64,000 nucleotides of DNA. It comes from a virus. A program made the position numbers and the translations under genes. Below, one piece after another: positions 39,657 to 47,314 of this stretch. Positions within the stretch are counted from its first letter, which is position 1, and every line of letters starts with the position of its first letter. The notes beneath the pieces were generated by a model that had not been told where the DNA came from, ran no database searches, and saw nothing but the letters and a program-made list of their open reading frames with translations. Location: positions 32,001 through 96,000 of the IMG/VR virus record IMGVR_UViG_3300021963_000029. One strand, written 5' to 3'.

Positions 39657-39767
39657 TCATTATACTTTTCCGCATCAGTTCCGTGATACATGTAGTAAAT
39701 TGTGTTGTTCATGGTTATCATCATCAGCATGATAGTTCTTGATAACATGAAGTGATTGATTAGAGGA

Positions 39768-40238
39768 TCATTGATCACCATAGTCTGCCCAGAAAGCATC
39801 ATTGTGGGAGGGACGAATGCAGTCAACACCATGATCACGAATCACAGCAGCATTGTAAGGAGAATCATCAACCCAGAATTGAATATCCCAGAAACGCTCA
39901 ATGTCCATGAGTTGTTGACCCTTACACTGTGAACCAGTTGCATCATCATCAGTGTTCTTCATGTAGAGTGCATCAAACTCTGGCAAATGTTGTTGCAACC
40001 AGTACCCAGTTCCCTCTGCATAAATGTCAGGACGTGCAGTGGCAATAACTAGATCAAAACCATGAGATTTGCAGTGCTTTGCAACATCAACAACAGCATC
40101 AATAGCAGGGAATTGATCACACTCATCAAAACCAGATTGTGAACCATGATGACACAGAGTTGCATCAAGATCAAAAACAACGCACTTAGGATTGGAGACG
40201 TTGTAGATAACTTTGGAAAAGGATTTGGTTTTTTGCAT
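39768..40238 (-). CDS. HAD-superfamily phosphatase similar to the T4 PseT 3'-phosphatase domain
   Basis: VVFDLDATL (DxDxT), IATARP, LYMK..DD, WVDDS; start reassigned to MQKTK at 40238. Confidence 0.8.
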   Translation of the reverse strand: MQKTKSFSKVIYNVSNPKCVVFDLDATLCHHGSQSGFDECDQFPAIDAVVDVAKHCKSHGFDLVIATARPDIYAEGTGYWLQQHLPEFDALYMKNTDDDATGSQCKGQQLMDIERFWDIQFWVDDSPYNAAVIRDHGVDCIRPSHNDAFWADYGDQ

Positions 40239-40303
40239 GTGTGTATTATAGGGCATTTTCAAGGATTTGTCAAGTGTTTTGTGCCACTAATACAAGTGGC
40301 ACA
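40236..40303 (-). promoter_or_regulatory. Early promoter cassette with perfect TTGACA-17-TATAAT, leaderless
   Basis: -35 40268-40273, -10 40245-40250, box 40280-40303. Confidence 0.9.
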
Positions 40304-40311
40304 TGGTATCA

Positions 40312-40452
40312 CTAATTGGACTCAAGTTGTTCTAGTTGTGCATTAAGTTGCTGTGCATGAGTTTGTACAATGTTGAGACCAAAATCTAGGATGGTAGCAA
40401 CACCACTAAAACCAACAGTAGCAACAATCAGACCAGCAAAAAAGGTTTTCAT
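40312..40452 (-). CDS. Small predicted membrane protein (46 aa)
   Basis: MKTFFAGLIVATVGFSGVATILDFGLNIV... has a hydrophobic N-terminus. Confidence 0.55.
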   Translation of the reverse strand: MKTFFAGLIVATVGFSGVATILDFGLNIVQTHAQQLNAQLEQLESN

Positions 40453-40454
40453 AA

Positions 40455-40616
40455 TTATACAGAAGGGGTGACAGAAATCTCTTTAATGTTTAATCCACAA
40501 AGTTGATTGTAGACACGATTGAGGATCAATTTATCAGCAGTTTTTGCCTTGCTTTTCTCATGCCAGATGGTCACACATCCATCATAAGTTTCAACTCTGA
40601 CTCTGTAGTTTTTCAT
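40455..40616 (-). CDS. Early hypothetical protein (53 aa)
   Basis: MKNYRVRVETYDGCVTIWHEKSKAK... Confidence 0.6.
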   Translation of the reverse strand: MKNYRVRVETYDGCVTIWHEKSKAKTADKLILNRVYNQLCGLNIKEISVTPSV

Positions 40617-40622
40617 GATCAA

Positions 40623-40862
40623 TCAGTACAGAAGGGAGAAAGAACCACAGAACTTACGCACCCATTGTAGAGTGTCATAATGACTGCGAGGTTTAGACAT
40701 TACCATGCTCTTGTTAGTAACAGGATTGAGAGCAATAGCAACATATTTGTGGTCACATTCTTGCCATTCAGGAGTGATTTGCTGAATGAACATTTGATTT
40801 ACTTTACCTTCCTTCCAGTTGTTGACATAGTGGAAGACTTGAGTGGTTTCTTGACTTTTCAT
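40623..40862 (-). CDS. Early hypothetical protein, leaderless
   Basis: ORF track; ATG 6 nt after the -10. Confidence 0.7.
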   Translation of the reverse strand: MKSQETTQVFHYVNNWKEGKVNQMFIQQITPEWQECDHKYVAIALNPVTNKSMVMSKPRSHYDTLQWVRKFCGSFSLLY

Positions 40863-40928
40863 ACATGTATGATAGCATGGATTCCCCCAAAAATCAAGGG
40901 GGTGTGTGCCACTTCATCAACTGGCACA
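40860..40928 (-). promoter_or_regulatory. Early promoter cassette (box, TTGATT-17-TATCAT, leaderless)
   Basis: Box 40905-40928, -35 40892-40897, -10 40869-40874. Confidence 0.85.
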
Positions 40929-40962
40929 TGGTATCATTTATCTGCCACACATTTGTGGTAAA

Positions 40963-41036
40963 AGCTAGTGACAAGACTTGAACTTGCGACCTGAGCTTTA
41001 CAAAAGCCCTGCTCTATCCAACTGAGCTACACTAGC
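40963..41036 (-). tRNA. trnT: tRNA-Thr(UGU)
   Basis: Acceptor GCTAGTG/CACTAGC; anticodon loop TTTGTAA; T-loop GTTCAAG. Confidence 0.93.
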
Positions 41037-41042
41037 AAAAAG

Positions 41043-41357
41043 TCATTCCTTGGATATATTTAGAAGCATCCAAATACCAAGGGCAAAGACTAAAAATAGA
41101 AGCACGTACTTCCATGCTGCAACTAGAATAAATGCAAGCATTGCAAGTAATACAAACCCACCATCAAATCCTGATGATGAACCAGAATCAGATTCATTAT
41201 CATCAGAACTGTATGAGTTGTCTACAACTGCCATGATACATTTACCACCAGTCATAGACTCTGCAAATGCAACTGCATCACTGTGAGTGTATGCTTCTAC
41301 TCTCACAGTTTGTAACCAATTAGATGGTGTTCTTACAGTACACTTCCACTCATTCAT
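41043..41357 (-). CDS. Hypothetical protein with C-terminal transmembrane segments
   Basis: Hydrophobic C-terminus FVLLAMLAFILVAAW...FALGIWML. Confidence 0.65.
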   Translation of the reverse strand: MNEWKCTVRTPSNWLQTVRVEAYTHSDAVAFAESMTGGKCIMAVVDNSYSSDDNESDSGSSSGFDGGFVLLAMLAFILVAAWKYVLLFLVFALGIWMLLNISKE

Positions 41358-42043
41358 TTGTTATTGTATTCCTGAATGTATTGCTTGAGAGTATCAACAT
41401 AATCAGCAGGATTCTTGACAAAAACTTGTGTTTCACCTGAATGACAAGAAATAAGAGTCACAATTTGTTCCACTTTATTGCCAGTCATTTCCTCATACAT
41501 CATAGCATAACCAGTCTCCTGCACAAAATAGTTTTGGATCTGATTCTCATGCTTTGGTTTAGAAGAACTCTTGAAGTCAATCACAGACAATTTACCATTG
41601 TATTCTGCAATGCAATCTACACGACCTGCAATACCAAGTTGTTCAGAATACAGAGCAGATTCCTGATAGTGAATGTTATCCACATCATCAAGGAGTGCCT
41701 TGAATTGATTAAACAATTTGAGAGCAACTTCATACTTCTCAGCATCATAATCTGCATCCACATTGTTGACATAATCTTCCACAAGTTTGTGGAACTTAGT
41801 ACCATTGTTTGATGCAAATTGACTGATTTGATTTGCAGTTTCTTCACCTACACGTTCTCTCCACTCTGCAATTACTTTCCTATTCTGATAGGAAGTAACT
41901 GTGGTGACAGAAGGCAACAGTTTGCCATTGACAACATAGCGACGTGAACCATCCACAGTTTCAGTGGGGATGTCTGCAAGAGCAGGAAGATTGAGGTGAT
42001 TGAACTTAGTTTTGGTTTGCATAATAATGTTGTTGGTGATCAA
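41354..42043 (-). CDS. PD-(D/E)XK exonuclease (Cas4-like fold)
   Basis: LPSVTTV; GTKFHKLVE; GIAGRVDCIAEY.GKLSVIDFKSS; YFVQETGYA.MY.E. Confidence 0.85.
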   Translation of the reverse strand: MITNNIIMQTKTKFNHLNLPALADIPTETVDGSRRYVVNGKLLPSVTTVTSYQNRKVIAEWRERVGEETANQISQFASNNGTKFHKLVEDYVNNVDADYDAEKYEVALKLFNQFKALLDDVDNIHYQESALYSEQLGIAGRVDCIAEYNGKLSVIDFKSSSKPKHENQIQNYFVQETGYAMMYEEMTGNKVEQIVTLISCHSGETQVFVKNPADYVDTLKQYIQEYNNK

Positions 42044-42189
42044 AGAAACTCAGCAATGTAATAGTCAACAGTAATTTCTAATTCTGCTGCTTTTGCTTCA
42101 AGTTCCATAGTATATTCTTCTGCCATTTGTTCATCAGCATGATCACAGAAGAGGTCAAGAGTGGATTGGTGCATAAACTTATCTTTCAT
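42040..42189 (-). CDS. Early acidic micro-protein, leaderless
   Basis: MKDKFMHQSTLDLFC...ELEITVDYYIAEFL; start reassigned. Confidence 0.65.
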   Translation of the reverse strand: MKDKFMHQSTLDLFCDHADEQMAEEYTMELEAKAAELEITVDYYIAEFL

Positions 42190-42254
42190 ACATGTATGAT
42201 ACCACAGATTTACTAAAAAGTCAAGCATTAGTGGACAGTCCTACAAGTGTCACA
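42187..42254 (-). promoter_or_regulatory. Early promoter cassette (variant box GTGGACA-N10-TGTCACA, TTGACT-17-TATCAT, leaderless)
   Basis: Box 42231-42254, -35 42219-42224, -10 42196-42201. Confidence 0.8.
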
Positions 42255-42475
42255 TGATGTAAGATTTGCGATCAAATCTGTGCTTATTGTACTCAATTTG
42301 TTGTAAATCTTGCTTCATCTTAATGTCTATAACTGCATGGAGAGTCATAGCAAAACTAAAGCAAATAATACAGAAAAGAATAGGTTTCATTAATCTTGAG
42401 GATTGTTATGATGAAGAGCATAGTTAAACACTAATGCAATAAATGCAAGGGCAAACCATGCACCAAAGAATGTGA

Positions 42476-42895
42476 TCATTTGTAGAGATAACCTCCTGCC
42501 CAATCTGCACGTTTGTACATCTCAACACGAGATTGTTCATCAAGCAAGTTATATCTTACACCATTCTTTGCAGGTGATTGCCAAGTGGCAGATTTGTACA
42601 CATCACCAGTATTCAGATCAACAAAAGCATGTGCACTTTTCTGACTACCATAACTGGTAACATGGATAATCTTGGCATACTTTTTACCTTTAGTGTAAAT
42701 GTAATTATCCACACCATCACCTTCACAGAGTTTATCAATGCACTGCTGGTGATAGTCTACATTCTCACCTTTAGCAATGTATTGTTGGTGACGTTGAATA
42801 GCAGAAGATTGATAGTTGGTGCGAAGAACCTGGCACATTTCTTCAATCTTATCAATAACTTTTTCAGTGGTCAAGTTGGTGTTTTGATTTTTCAT
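42476..42895 (-). CDS. Conserved cyanophage early protein (GKKY.KI...SAHAFVD..TGDVYK.A.W..PAK.VRY family), leaderless
   Basis: Motif recognition; start reassigned to MKNQ at 42895. Confidence 0.75.
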   Translation of the reverse strand: MKNQNTNLTTEKVIDKIEEMCQVLRTNYQSSAIQRHQQYIAKGENVDYHQQCIDKLCEGDGVDNYIYTKGKKYAKIIHVTSYGSQKSAHAFVDLNTGDVYKSATWQSPAKNGVRYNLLDEQSRVEMYKRADWAGGYLYK

Positions 42896-42960
42896 ACATG
42901 TATGATAGCACAAGAATCAGCAAAAGTCAATAGGTCGTGGACAGTTCCACAACTGTCACA
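42893..42960 (-). promoter_or_regulatory. Early promoter cassette (variant box, TTGACT-17-TATCAT, leaderless)
   Basis: Box 42937-42960, -35 42925-42930, -10 42902-42907. Confidence 0.85.
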
Positions 42961-43117
42961 TCTTTACATTTTCTCTGCAATAAACAAACCTATTCCATTC
43001 TTCATTTGTGAAATTGTCACTTGCATAAGGTATGCCAACAACATAGGCACAAAACTTGTTGATTTCCTCAGACTTTTGAGAGGATGAGATAACAACAGAT
43101 GCAATTAGTTCAAGCAT
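42956..43117 (-). CDS. Hypothetical protein (53 aa)
   Basis: MLELIASVVISSSQKSEEINKFCAYVVGIPYASDNF... Confidence 0.55.
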   Translation of the reverse strand: MLELIASVVISSSQKSEEINKFCAYVVGIPYASDNFTNEEWNRFVYCRENVKM

Positions 43118-43437
43118 TAGAATCTCTTGGGAATGTCACAATATGCTAGAGGATTATAGTCACCTGCATCACTAAATGATGCTGCTGTGTCATGAATCAC
43201 TTTTGCTCTATACAATAGATCCTCAAGATCCAGCATCAGTTGATTCAAATCATCATCAGTTTTACCCAGCAGAGCATCACTAATTCTCTCAAATGCTGCT
43301 GCTGTTTGTAGCGTGTGTTGGTGTATCATACTACTTTGTATTTTGTCTTTATTGCTTTTAATACTTGTTTGCGTGCCTTTAGTTTGCCTTTGCAAGTGCC
43401 TTTGGTATTCTTTTGTTTTCCTGAGTTGTGCATCCAA
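43117..43437 (-). CDS. Hypothetical protein
   Basis: ORF track; start uncertain. Confidence 0.55.
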   Translation of the reverse strand: MDAQLRKTKEYQRHLQRQTKGTQTSIKSNKDKIQSSMIHQHTLQTAAAFERISDALLGKTDDDLNQLMLDLEDLLYRAKVIHDTAASFSDAGDYNPLAYCDIPKRF

Positions 43438-43467
43438 TTAGGTGTGTTCATTGTTTTACAGTTAGAA

Positions 43468-43540
43468 CAGGCACAGAGGGACTCGAACCCCCACTCAACT
43501 GCTTAGAAGGCAGTGGCATTATCCATTATGCTATGTGCCC
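43468..43540 (-). tRNA. trnR: tRNA-Arg(UCU), copy 1
   Basis: Acceptor GGGCACA/TGTGCCT; anticodon arm ACTGC-CTTCTAA-GCAGT; GTTCGAG. Confidence 0.92.
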
Positions 43541-43541
43541 A

Positions 43542-43570
43542 AATAAGGGGCAACAATGCCCCTATTTATT
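43542..43570 (-). terminator. Hairpin terminator with an AATAAATA late promoter abutting its 5' arm
   Basis: AATAAATA-GGGGCA-TTGT-TGCCCC-TTATTT directly upstream of tRNA-Arg. Confidence 0.65.
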
Positions 43571-43571
43571 A

Positions 43572-43724
43572 TCAGAACTCTACAGGTTCAAGAGTAGGTT
43601 GAGCAACTGCACTTTGAGTGCTGGGAGCATCATTATCACCAGAAGTGATAGCATCAAGAATGGCAAGGATTTCATTACCATTTTGACCACGACGCAGAGC
43701 AGCAACCATCAGATCAGTAGACAT
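43572..43724 (-). CDS. Early micro-protein (paralog of 38197-38376)
   Basis: MSTDLMVAALRRGQNGNEILAILDAITS... Confidence 0.6.
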   Translation of the reverse strand: MSTDLMVAALRRGQNGNEILAILDAITSGDNDAPSTQSAVAQPTLEPVEF

Positions 43725-43785
43725 AATGAAGAAGGTGGTAAATGAACAAGAGTGTGTAACTTTAGGGCAAACACATTCCCATTAG

Positions 43786-43929
43786 TTAAGGAGTGAGAAT
43801 AATTTCTACATCTTTGATAACATCTTCATCAGGTAGATTGTAGAGAAATTGATAATAGTCCTCATAATCAACACCTAGGTAACTAGCAAAATCTTCTAAA
43901 TCATCATGCAATTTACAAGTGTCAATCAT
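43786..43929 (-). CDS. Acidic micro-protein (paralog of 54787-54927)
   Basis: MIDTCKLHDDLEDFASYLGVDYEDYYQFL... Confidence 0.6.
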   Translation of the reverse strand: MIDTCKLHDDLEDFASYLGVDYEDYYQFLYNLPDEDVIKDVEIILTP

Positions 43930-43954
43930 GATCCCTCAACTGTTGATGTAATAC

Positions 43955-44013
43955 ATCATAGCACACAGAATCAGATTTGGGGAGAACTGTGTGCCACTTT
44001 GATTGGTGTCACA
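43955..44013 (-). promoter_or_regulatory. Box plus -10 (TATGAT) promoter lacking a recognisable -35
   Basis: Box TGTGCCA-N10-TGTCACA 43990-44013, 29 bp from the -10. Confidence 0.65.
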
Positions 44014-44088
44014 GTCTGTGCTTTAAGAACCACAAATGGGTCTCCAATTAGTAGAATAGAGCACAGAAAAATTCCTTTCCAGAGTTTA

Positions 44089-44274
44089 TTAGACATCATA
44101 CAACTTGTTGATACAAATCTGTTCTTTATACCAGGCATTGTCAGCATCACTATTCCATGAAATGCCTAGCATAAAATTATAGTGGTCTGCCCACAGATTG
44201 CAACTTGCCTCAAACCATTCAGCACTAGGTTTGCAGACAGAATAATCTTGAAAGTCCATTTTGATTTTTGTCAT
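44089..44274 (-). CDS. Early hypothetical protein, leaderless
   Basis: ATG 6 nt after TATACT. Confidence 0.65.
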   Translation of the reverse strand: MTKIKMDFQDYSVCKPSAEWFEASCNLWADHYNFMLGISWNSDADNAWYKEQICINKLYDV

Positions 44275-44339
44275 GAAGACAGTATAGCATGAAAAAGGGC
44301 ACTGTGCTCATTTACAGTGCCAGTTCTACAAGTGTCACA
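44272..44339 (-). promoter_or_regulatory. Box plus -10 (TATACT) promoter lacking a -35, leaderless
   Basis: Box AGTGCCA-N10-TGTCACA 44316-44339; -10 44281-44286. Confidence 0.7.
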
Positions 44340-44341
44340 TG

Positions 44342-44554
44342 TTATACATCAATCTCTGCTAGTTTCTTTTGGTTGCGCAGTTCAGTAATAATAGTTTGTA
44401 GTTCAATCATATCTTGCCTACAATCTTCTAGATCTTCACAAAGAATGTCATACTGATACTCTGACTTACACCTACGAATTTGCTTAGTCAGTTTATCATA
44501 CTTTTTCCTTACATCTTTGAGATCTTTCTCATACTCTTGGATAGTCTTATTCAT
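44342..44554 (-). CDS. Coiled-coil hypothetical protein
   Basis: Heptad pattern. Confidence 0.65.
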   Translation of the reverse strand: MNKTIQEYEKDLKDVRKKYDKLTKQIRRCKSEYQYDILCEDLEDCRQDMIELQTIITELRNQKKLAEIDV

Positions 44555-44676
44555 TTGAGCAAACTAGAATTGAAGTAACGACGAAAAGCAGTGATAATGA
44601 TAATAAGAGTGCTAGACACACCAACCAAACCAAGGAAGGTAACAGCATCACCTGAAAATGTGTAACTTTGAGGCAT
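44551..44676 (-). CDS. Single-pass membrane micro-protein (41 aa)
   Basis: MPQSYTFSGDAVTFLGLVGVSSTLIIIITAFRRYFNSSLLK; ATGA overlap. Confidence 0.6.
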   Translation of the reverse strand: MPQSYTFSGDAVTFLGLVGVSSTLIIIITAFRRYFNSSLLK

Positions 44677-44697
44677 TTGTTTTTTGATTACTCTGTA

Positions 44698-44756
44698 ATG
44701 ATAGCAGATCTAGAGGTAAAAGTCAATGGATAGTGGACAGTTCTAGAAGTGTCCTA
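44698..44756 (-). promoter_or_regulatory. Early promoter cassette (variant box, TTGACT-17-TATCAT)
   Basis: Box 44733-44756, -35 44721-44726, -10 44698-44703. Confidence 0.8.
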
Positions 44757-45056
44757 TCCTATAACTCTGTAGCACACAGTTGCATTACCTTTCTTCACTG
44801 ACTCAATATGTGCAAATGCAGCATAACTGAGGTCCAGATCAGCATGAGAGTATGGACCCCTATCATTGACACGAACCACAACTTGTTTTCCATTATCTTG
44901 ATTGGTTACTCTAATTTTAGTTCCCATCTTTAAGTATGGATGAGCAGCAGTCCACCTATAGGGATTCATTGTTTCACCATTTGCAGTCTTTTGATATGCA
45001 AATCCATCACCAACACCATAAAATGTGGCAATGCCACACATTAGAGCAGCAATCAT
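44754..45056 (-). CDS. rlpA: RlpA-like double-psi beta-barrel (lytic transglycosylase-like) protein
   Basis: ATFYG; TANGE; TAAHP.L.MGT.IRVTN..NGKQVVVRVNDRGPY; LDLSYAAF. Confidence 0.88.
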   Translation of the reverse strand: MIAALMCGIATFYGVGDGFAYQKTANGETMNPYRWTAAHPYLKMGTKIRVTNQDNGKQVVVRVNDRGPYSHADLDLSYAAFAHIESVKKGNATVCYRVIG

Positions 45057-45343
45057 TTAGACCAAAGACCTCGCTGAATCATATACTTTTTGATCTCAGT
45101 ATAAATGAACTGCTTGAGTTTGGGATCATCAGTCTTATCAAATGCTTGATACAGACGATTCAAATAATCATCAGGTTTGGTGACTTTGATAACTTCTGCT
45201 TTGGTCATTCCAAGACCAGAGATAGGCGAACCTGCTTTTGCTTTAGGACGACCAAAGTTACCAGTTACATTACCTTGGGTACGCAGTTTAGGTTTAATCT
45301 TGGAAAGATTAGAAGTTGCGAAGTTCATCTGTGTTTTATTCAT
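45053..45343 (-). CDS. Basic early hypothetical protein, leaderless
   Basis: Start reassigned to MNKTQ at 45343. Confidence 0.7.
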   Translation of the reverse strand: MNKTQMNFATSNLSKIKPKLRTQGNVTGNFGRPKAKAGSPISGLGMTKAEVIKVTKPDDYLNRLYQAFDKTDDPKLKQFIYTEIKKYMIQRGLWSK

Positions 45344-45408
45344 ACAAGTATGATAGCACACCAGGGGGAACAGTGGGGATTTACTGTGCCAGTTTTTTAT
45401 GTGGCACA
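45341..45408 (-). promoter_or_regulatory. Box plus -10 (TATCAT) promoter lacking a -35, leaderless
   Basis: Box 45385-45408; -10 45350-45355; the -35 position reads CCCCAC. Confidence 0.75.
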
Positions 45409-45593
45409 AGAGGTGGTTTGCTATTCTCCCTCTCAATATACTCTACAGTGCTGTGTAGTTTGTTATACAGGGCACTGAGGGATACTTTACCACTACCCTC
45501 CATAATCTTCTGTTCCTTTCTTGACAACAACTGTAGAGCACTCTTCAGTGCATCCAACTCATCAAGATTCAGTCTCACAAAATCTTCAGTCAT
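45381..45593 (-). CDS. Hypothetical protein
   Basis: ORF track. Confidence 0.6.
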   Translation of the reverse strand: MTEDFVRLNLDELDALKSALQLLSRKEQKIMEGSGKVSLSALYNKLHSTVEYIERENSKPPLVPHKKLAQ

Positions 45594-45838
45594 TTCTTTT
45601 CAGGTTGAGGTTTAGGTTGAACTTTGGTAGGATCAGCATAGGGAACTCTGCCATCCTTTTCATACATTAGAATGTCATACTTAAACTTACACTCATGTGG
45701 GCGTTGATTGCACAGAATGAGTGTATCATTGACTGCTTTTTGTGTGCTAACAGAACCACTCACAGCACCACCAATCAACAAAGATAATGCTACAAATGAG
45801 AACATTTTGTAGTTTTCAATCATTTCACTATTCTCCAA
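45590..45838 (-). CDS. Hypothetical protein with N-terminal signal/transmembrane segment
   Basis: FSFVALSLLIGGAVSG. Confidence 0.6.
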   Translation of the reverse strand: MENSEMIENYKMFSFVALSLLIGGAVSGSVSTQKAVNDTLILCNQRPHECKFKYDILMYEKDGRVPYADPTKVQPKPQPEKK

Positions 45839-46026
45839 TGTGGGTCATTTACTTTATCAATCCAGAAGAAGTATTGTTTGTTAATAGATGCTAGAAACAT
45901 CTGATTGTCTGTCTCTTGTTCTACATGACAACCATGCAGTTTATCCATCACATTAGCAAACCTATTCTTTGCTTTGTTAGAAATAGGTTGAACATTCACC
46001 ATTTTACGTTTCACTTTAGTTTGCAT
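45820..46026 (-). CDS. Conserved cyanophage hypothetical protein
   Basis: V.P.S.KAKNRFAN.MD.LH.C.VEQE...FLAS.N..YFFW. Confidence 0.7.
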   Translation of the reverse strand: MQTKVKRKMVNVQPISNKAKNRFANVMDKLHGCHVEQETDNQMFLASINKQYFFWIDKVNDPHWRIVK

Positions 46027-46424
46027 CAGTTAATACCACAATAGGACCACTTTGGTTGGTCTAATTCACTGTCTTCATAAGTGTAGAGAAACTCACAACC
46101 ACAGTCTTTAGCATACTTATACATTTGCTTGTGAGTCTTGAAGTGTTTAGGATAAACATCTTCATCACCTCTTTCATAATAATAAAGAGGTTGAGGTTCA
46201 CGAGTGTTGGTATAATTATCATCCTTGTAAGTTGATTCCCAAGTTGTATTAGTTTTGAGTGATGAAATGTCACCACCATCAATCAACTCAACAACTTTGG
46301 TGCGATCTTGATAATCTTCTTTGAGAATCTTGCCATTATTCTCAACATAACCATCCCAGTGACAATACACACCAGAATAGGTGTTATCTTTGTGCTTAAT
46401 TGAGATGAAACTGCGTGTTGCCAT
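46026..46424 (-). CDS. Conserved hypothetical protein (MATRS...YCHWDGY family)
   Basis: Start reassigned to MATRS at 46424. Confidence 0.7.
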   Translation of the reverse strand: MATRSFISIKHKDNTYSGVYCHWDGYVENNGKILKEDYQDRTKVVELIDGGDISSLKTNTTWESTYKDDNYTNTREPQPLYYYERGDEDVYPKHFKTHKQMYKYAKDCGCEFLYTYEDSELDQPKWSYCGIN

Positions 46425-46444
46425 TGTTGTTAATAATAAAAAAA

Positions 46445-46597
46445 TCAGTCTTGAACAAGAATCCAATCTTCCATGTCAGTTTCTGTCATGGATTCCCAGT
46501 TATCCTCAAAGAGATCAAACATTGCTTCATTGGGGATGATACAATCAAACTCATCAATCTGAATGTCATCAAGAAATGCAGTGCTCATCTGTGTCAT
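46445..46597 (-). CDS. Acidic micro-protein (50 aa)
   Basis: MTQMSTAFLDDIQIDEFDCIIPNEAMFDLFEDNWES... Confidence 0.55.
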   Translation of the reverse strand: MTQMSTAFLDDIQIDEFDCIIPNEAMFDLFEDNWESMTETDMEDWILVQD

Positions 46598-46611
46598 TTG
46601 ATTACCTAGTA

Positions 46612-46670
46612 ATCATAGCACACAGTCAAGCATTTTGGAGATTTACTGTGCCACTTCTACATGTGGCACA
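46612..46670 (-). promoter_or_regulatory. Box plus -10 (TATGAT) promoter lacking a -35
   Basis: Box 46647-46670, 29 bp from the -10 at 46612-46617. Confidence 0.7.
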
Positions 46671-46673
46671 CAG

Positions 46674-46811
46674 TTATGCTTTTTTGCTTCTTTTTCTTGT
46701 AGTTCTTGGTGCTTCTTCTTTCACTTCAGCAACAGGTTCTTCCTTAACTTCTTCAACCTGTGGTGCTGGTTGTGGTGATGTTCTACTGATTAGTTCTAAG
46801 AATCTGCTCAT
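46674..46811 (-). CDS. Low-complexity micro-protein (45 aa)
   Basis: MSRFLELISRTSPQPAPQVEEVKEEP...RKRSKKA; CTAAATA late-type motif upstream. Confidence 0.55.
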   Translation of the reverse strand: MSRFLELISRTSPQPAPQVEEVKEEPVAEVKEEAPRTTRKRSKKA

Positions 46812-46843
46812 GATACTATGGCATCCTAAAACTATTTAGAAAA

Positions 46844-46914
46844 TGGAGGATACCAGAGTCGAACTGGTGATTGATGCTTGCAAAGCACCTGTTTTACCAC
46901 TAAACTAATCCCCC
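46844..46914 (-). tRNA. trnA: tRNA-Ala(UGC)
   Basis: Acceptor GGGGGAT/ATCCTCC; loop TTTGCAA; GTTCGAC. Confidence 0.88.
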
Positions 46915-46918
46915 TAGG

Positions 46919-47000
46919 TGCACATGAAAGGACTTGAACCTTCATGGATTGCTCCACTGGAACCTAAACCCAGCGCGTATACCAATTCCGCCACATGTGC
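46919..47000 (-). tRNA. trnL: tRNA-Leu(UAG)
   Basis: Acceptor GCACATG/CATGTGC; GGCGGAATTGGTATACGCG D-arm; loop TTTAGGT; long variable arm. Confidence 0.93.
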
Positions 47001-47078
47001 ATGACAGGGGTGATCAATCCCCTGACCTAAGATAACTTAGGATTTAGAGGAAGATCCAGACATTTCCAGAACTCCCAA

Positions 47079-47150
47079 CTCCCCCACCTGGACTCGAACC
47101 AGGAACACTTTGATTAACAGTCAAATACTCTACCATTGAGCTATAGGGGA
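47079..47150 (-). tRNA. trnN: tRNA-Asn(GUU)
   Basis: TCCCCTA/TGGGGGA; TTTGA-CTGTTAA-TCAAA. Confidence 0.93.
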
Positions 47151-47155
47151 CTGCT

Positions 47156-47314
47156 TTATTTTTTATCTAACAAATACTCAACTGTATTTGCAATGTCATT
47201 CATTGCATCCCTAAGATTTGGTTGACCTCCTGCTTCCATGTTCATGTCATTTGGATCAGTTAATGTCCATCTCCATAACTTCATTTCACTATTATACCAC
47301 AGGTTAATCACCAT
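47156..47314 (-). CDS. Hypothetical protein (52 aa) inside the tRNA cluster
   Basis: MVINLWYNSEMKLWRWTLTD...GGQPNLRDAMNDIANTVEYL. Confidence 0.6.
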   Translation of the reverse strand: MVINLWYNSEMKLWRWTLTDPNDMNMEAGGQPNLRDAMNDIANTVEYLLDKK

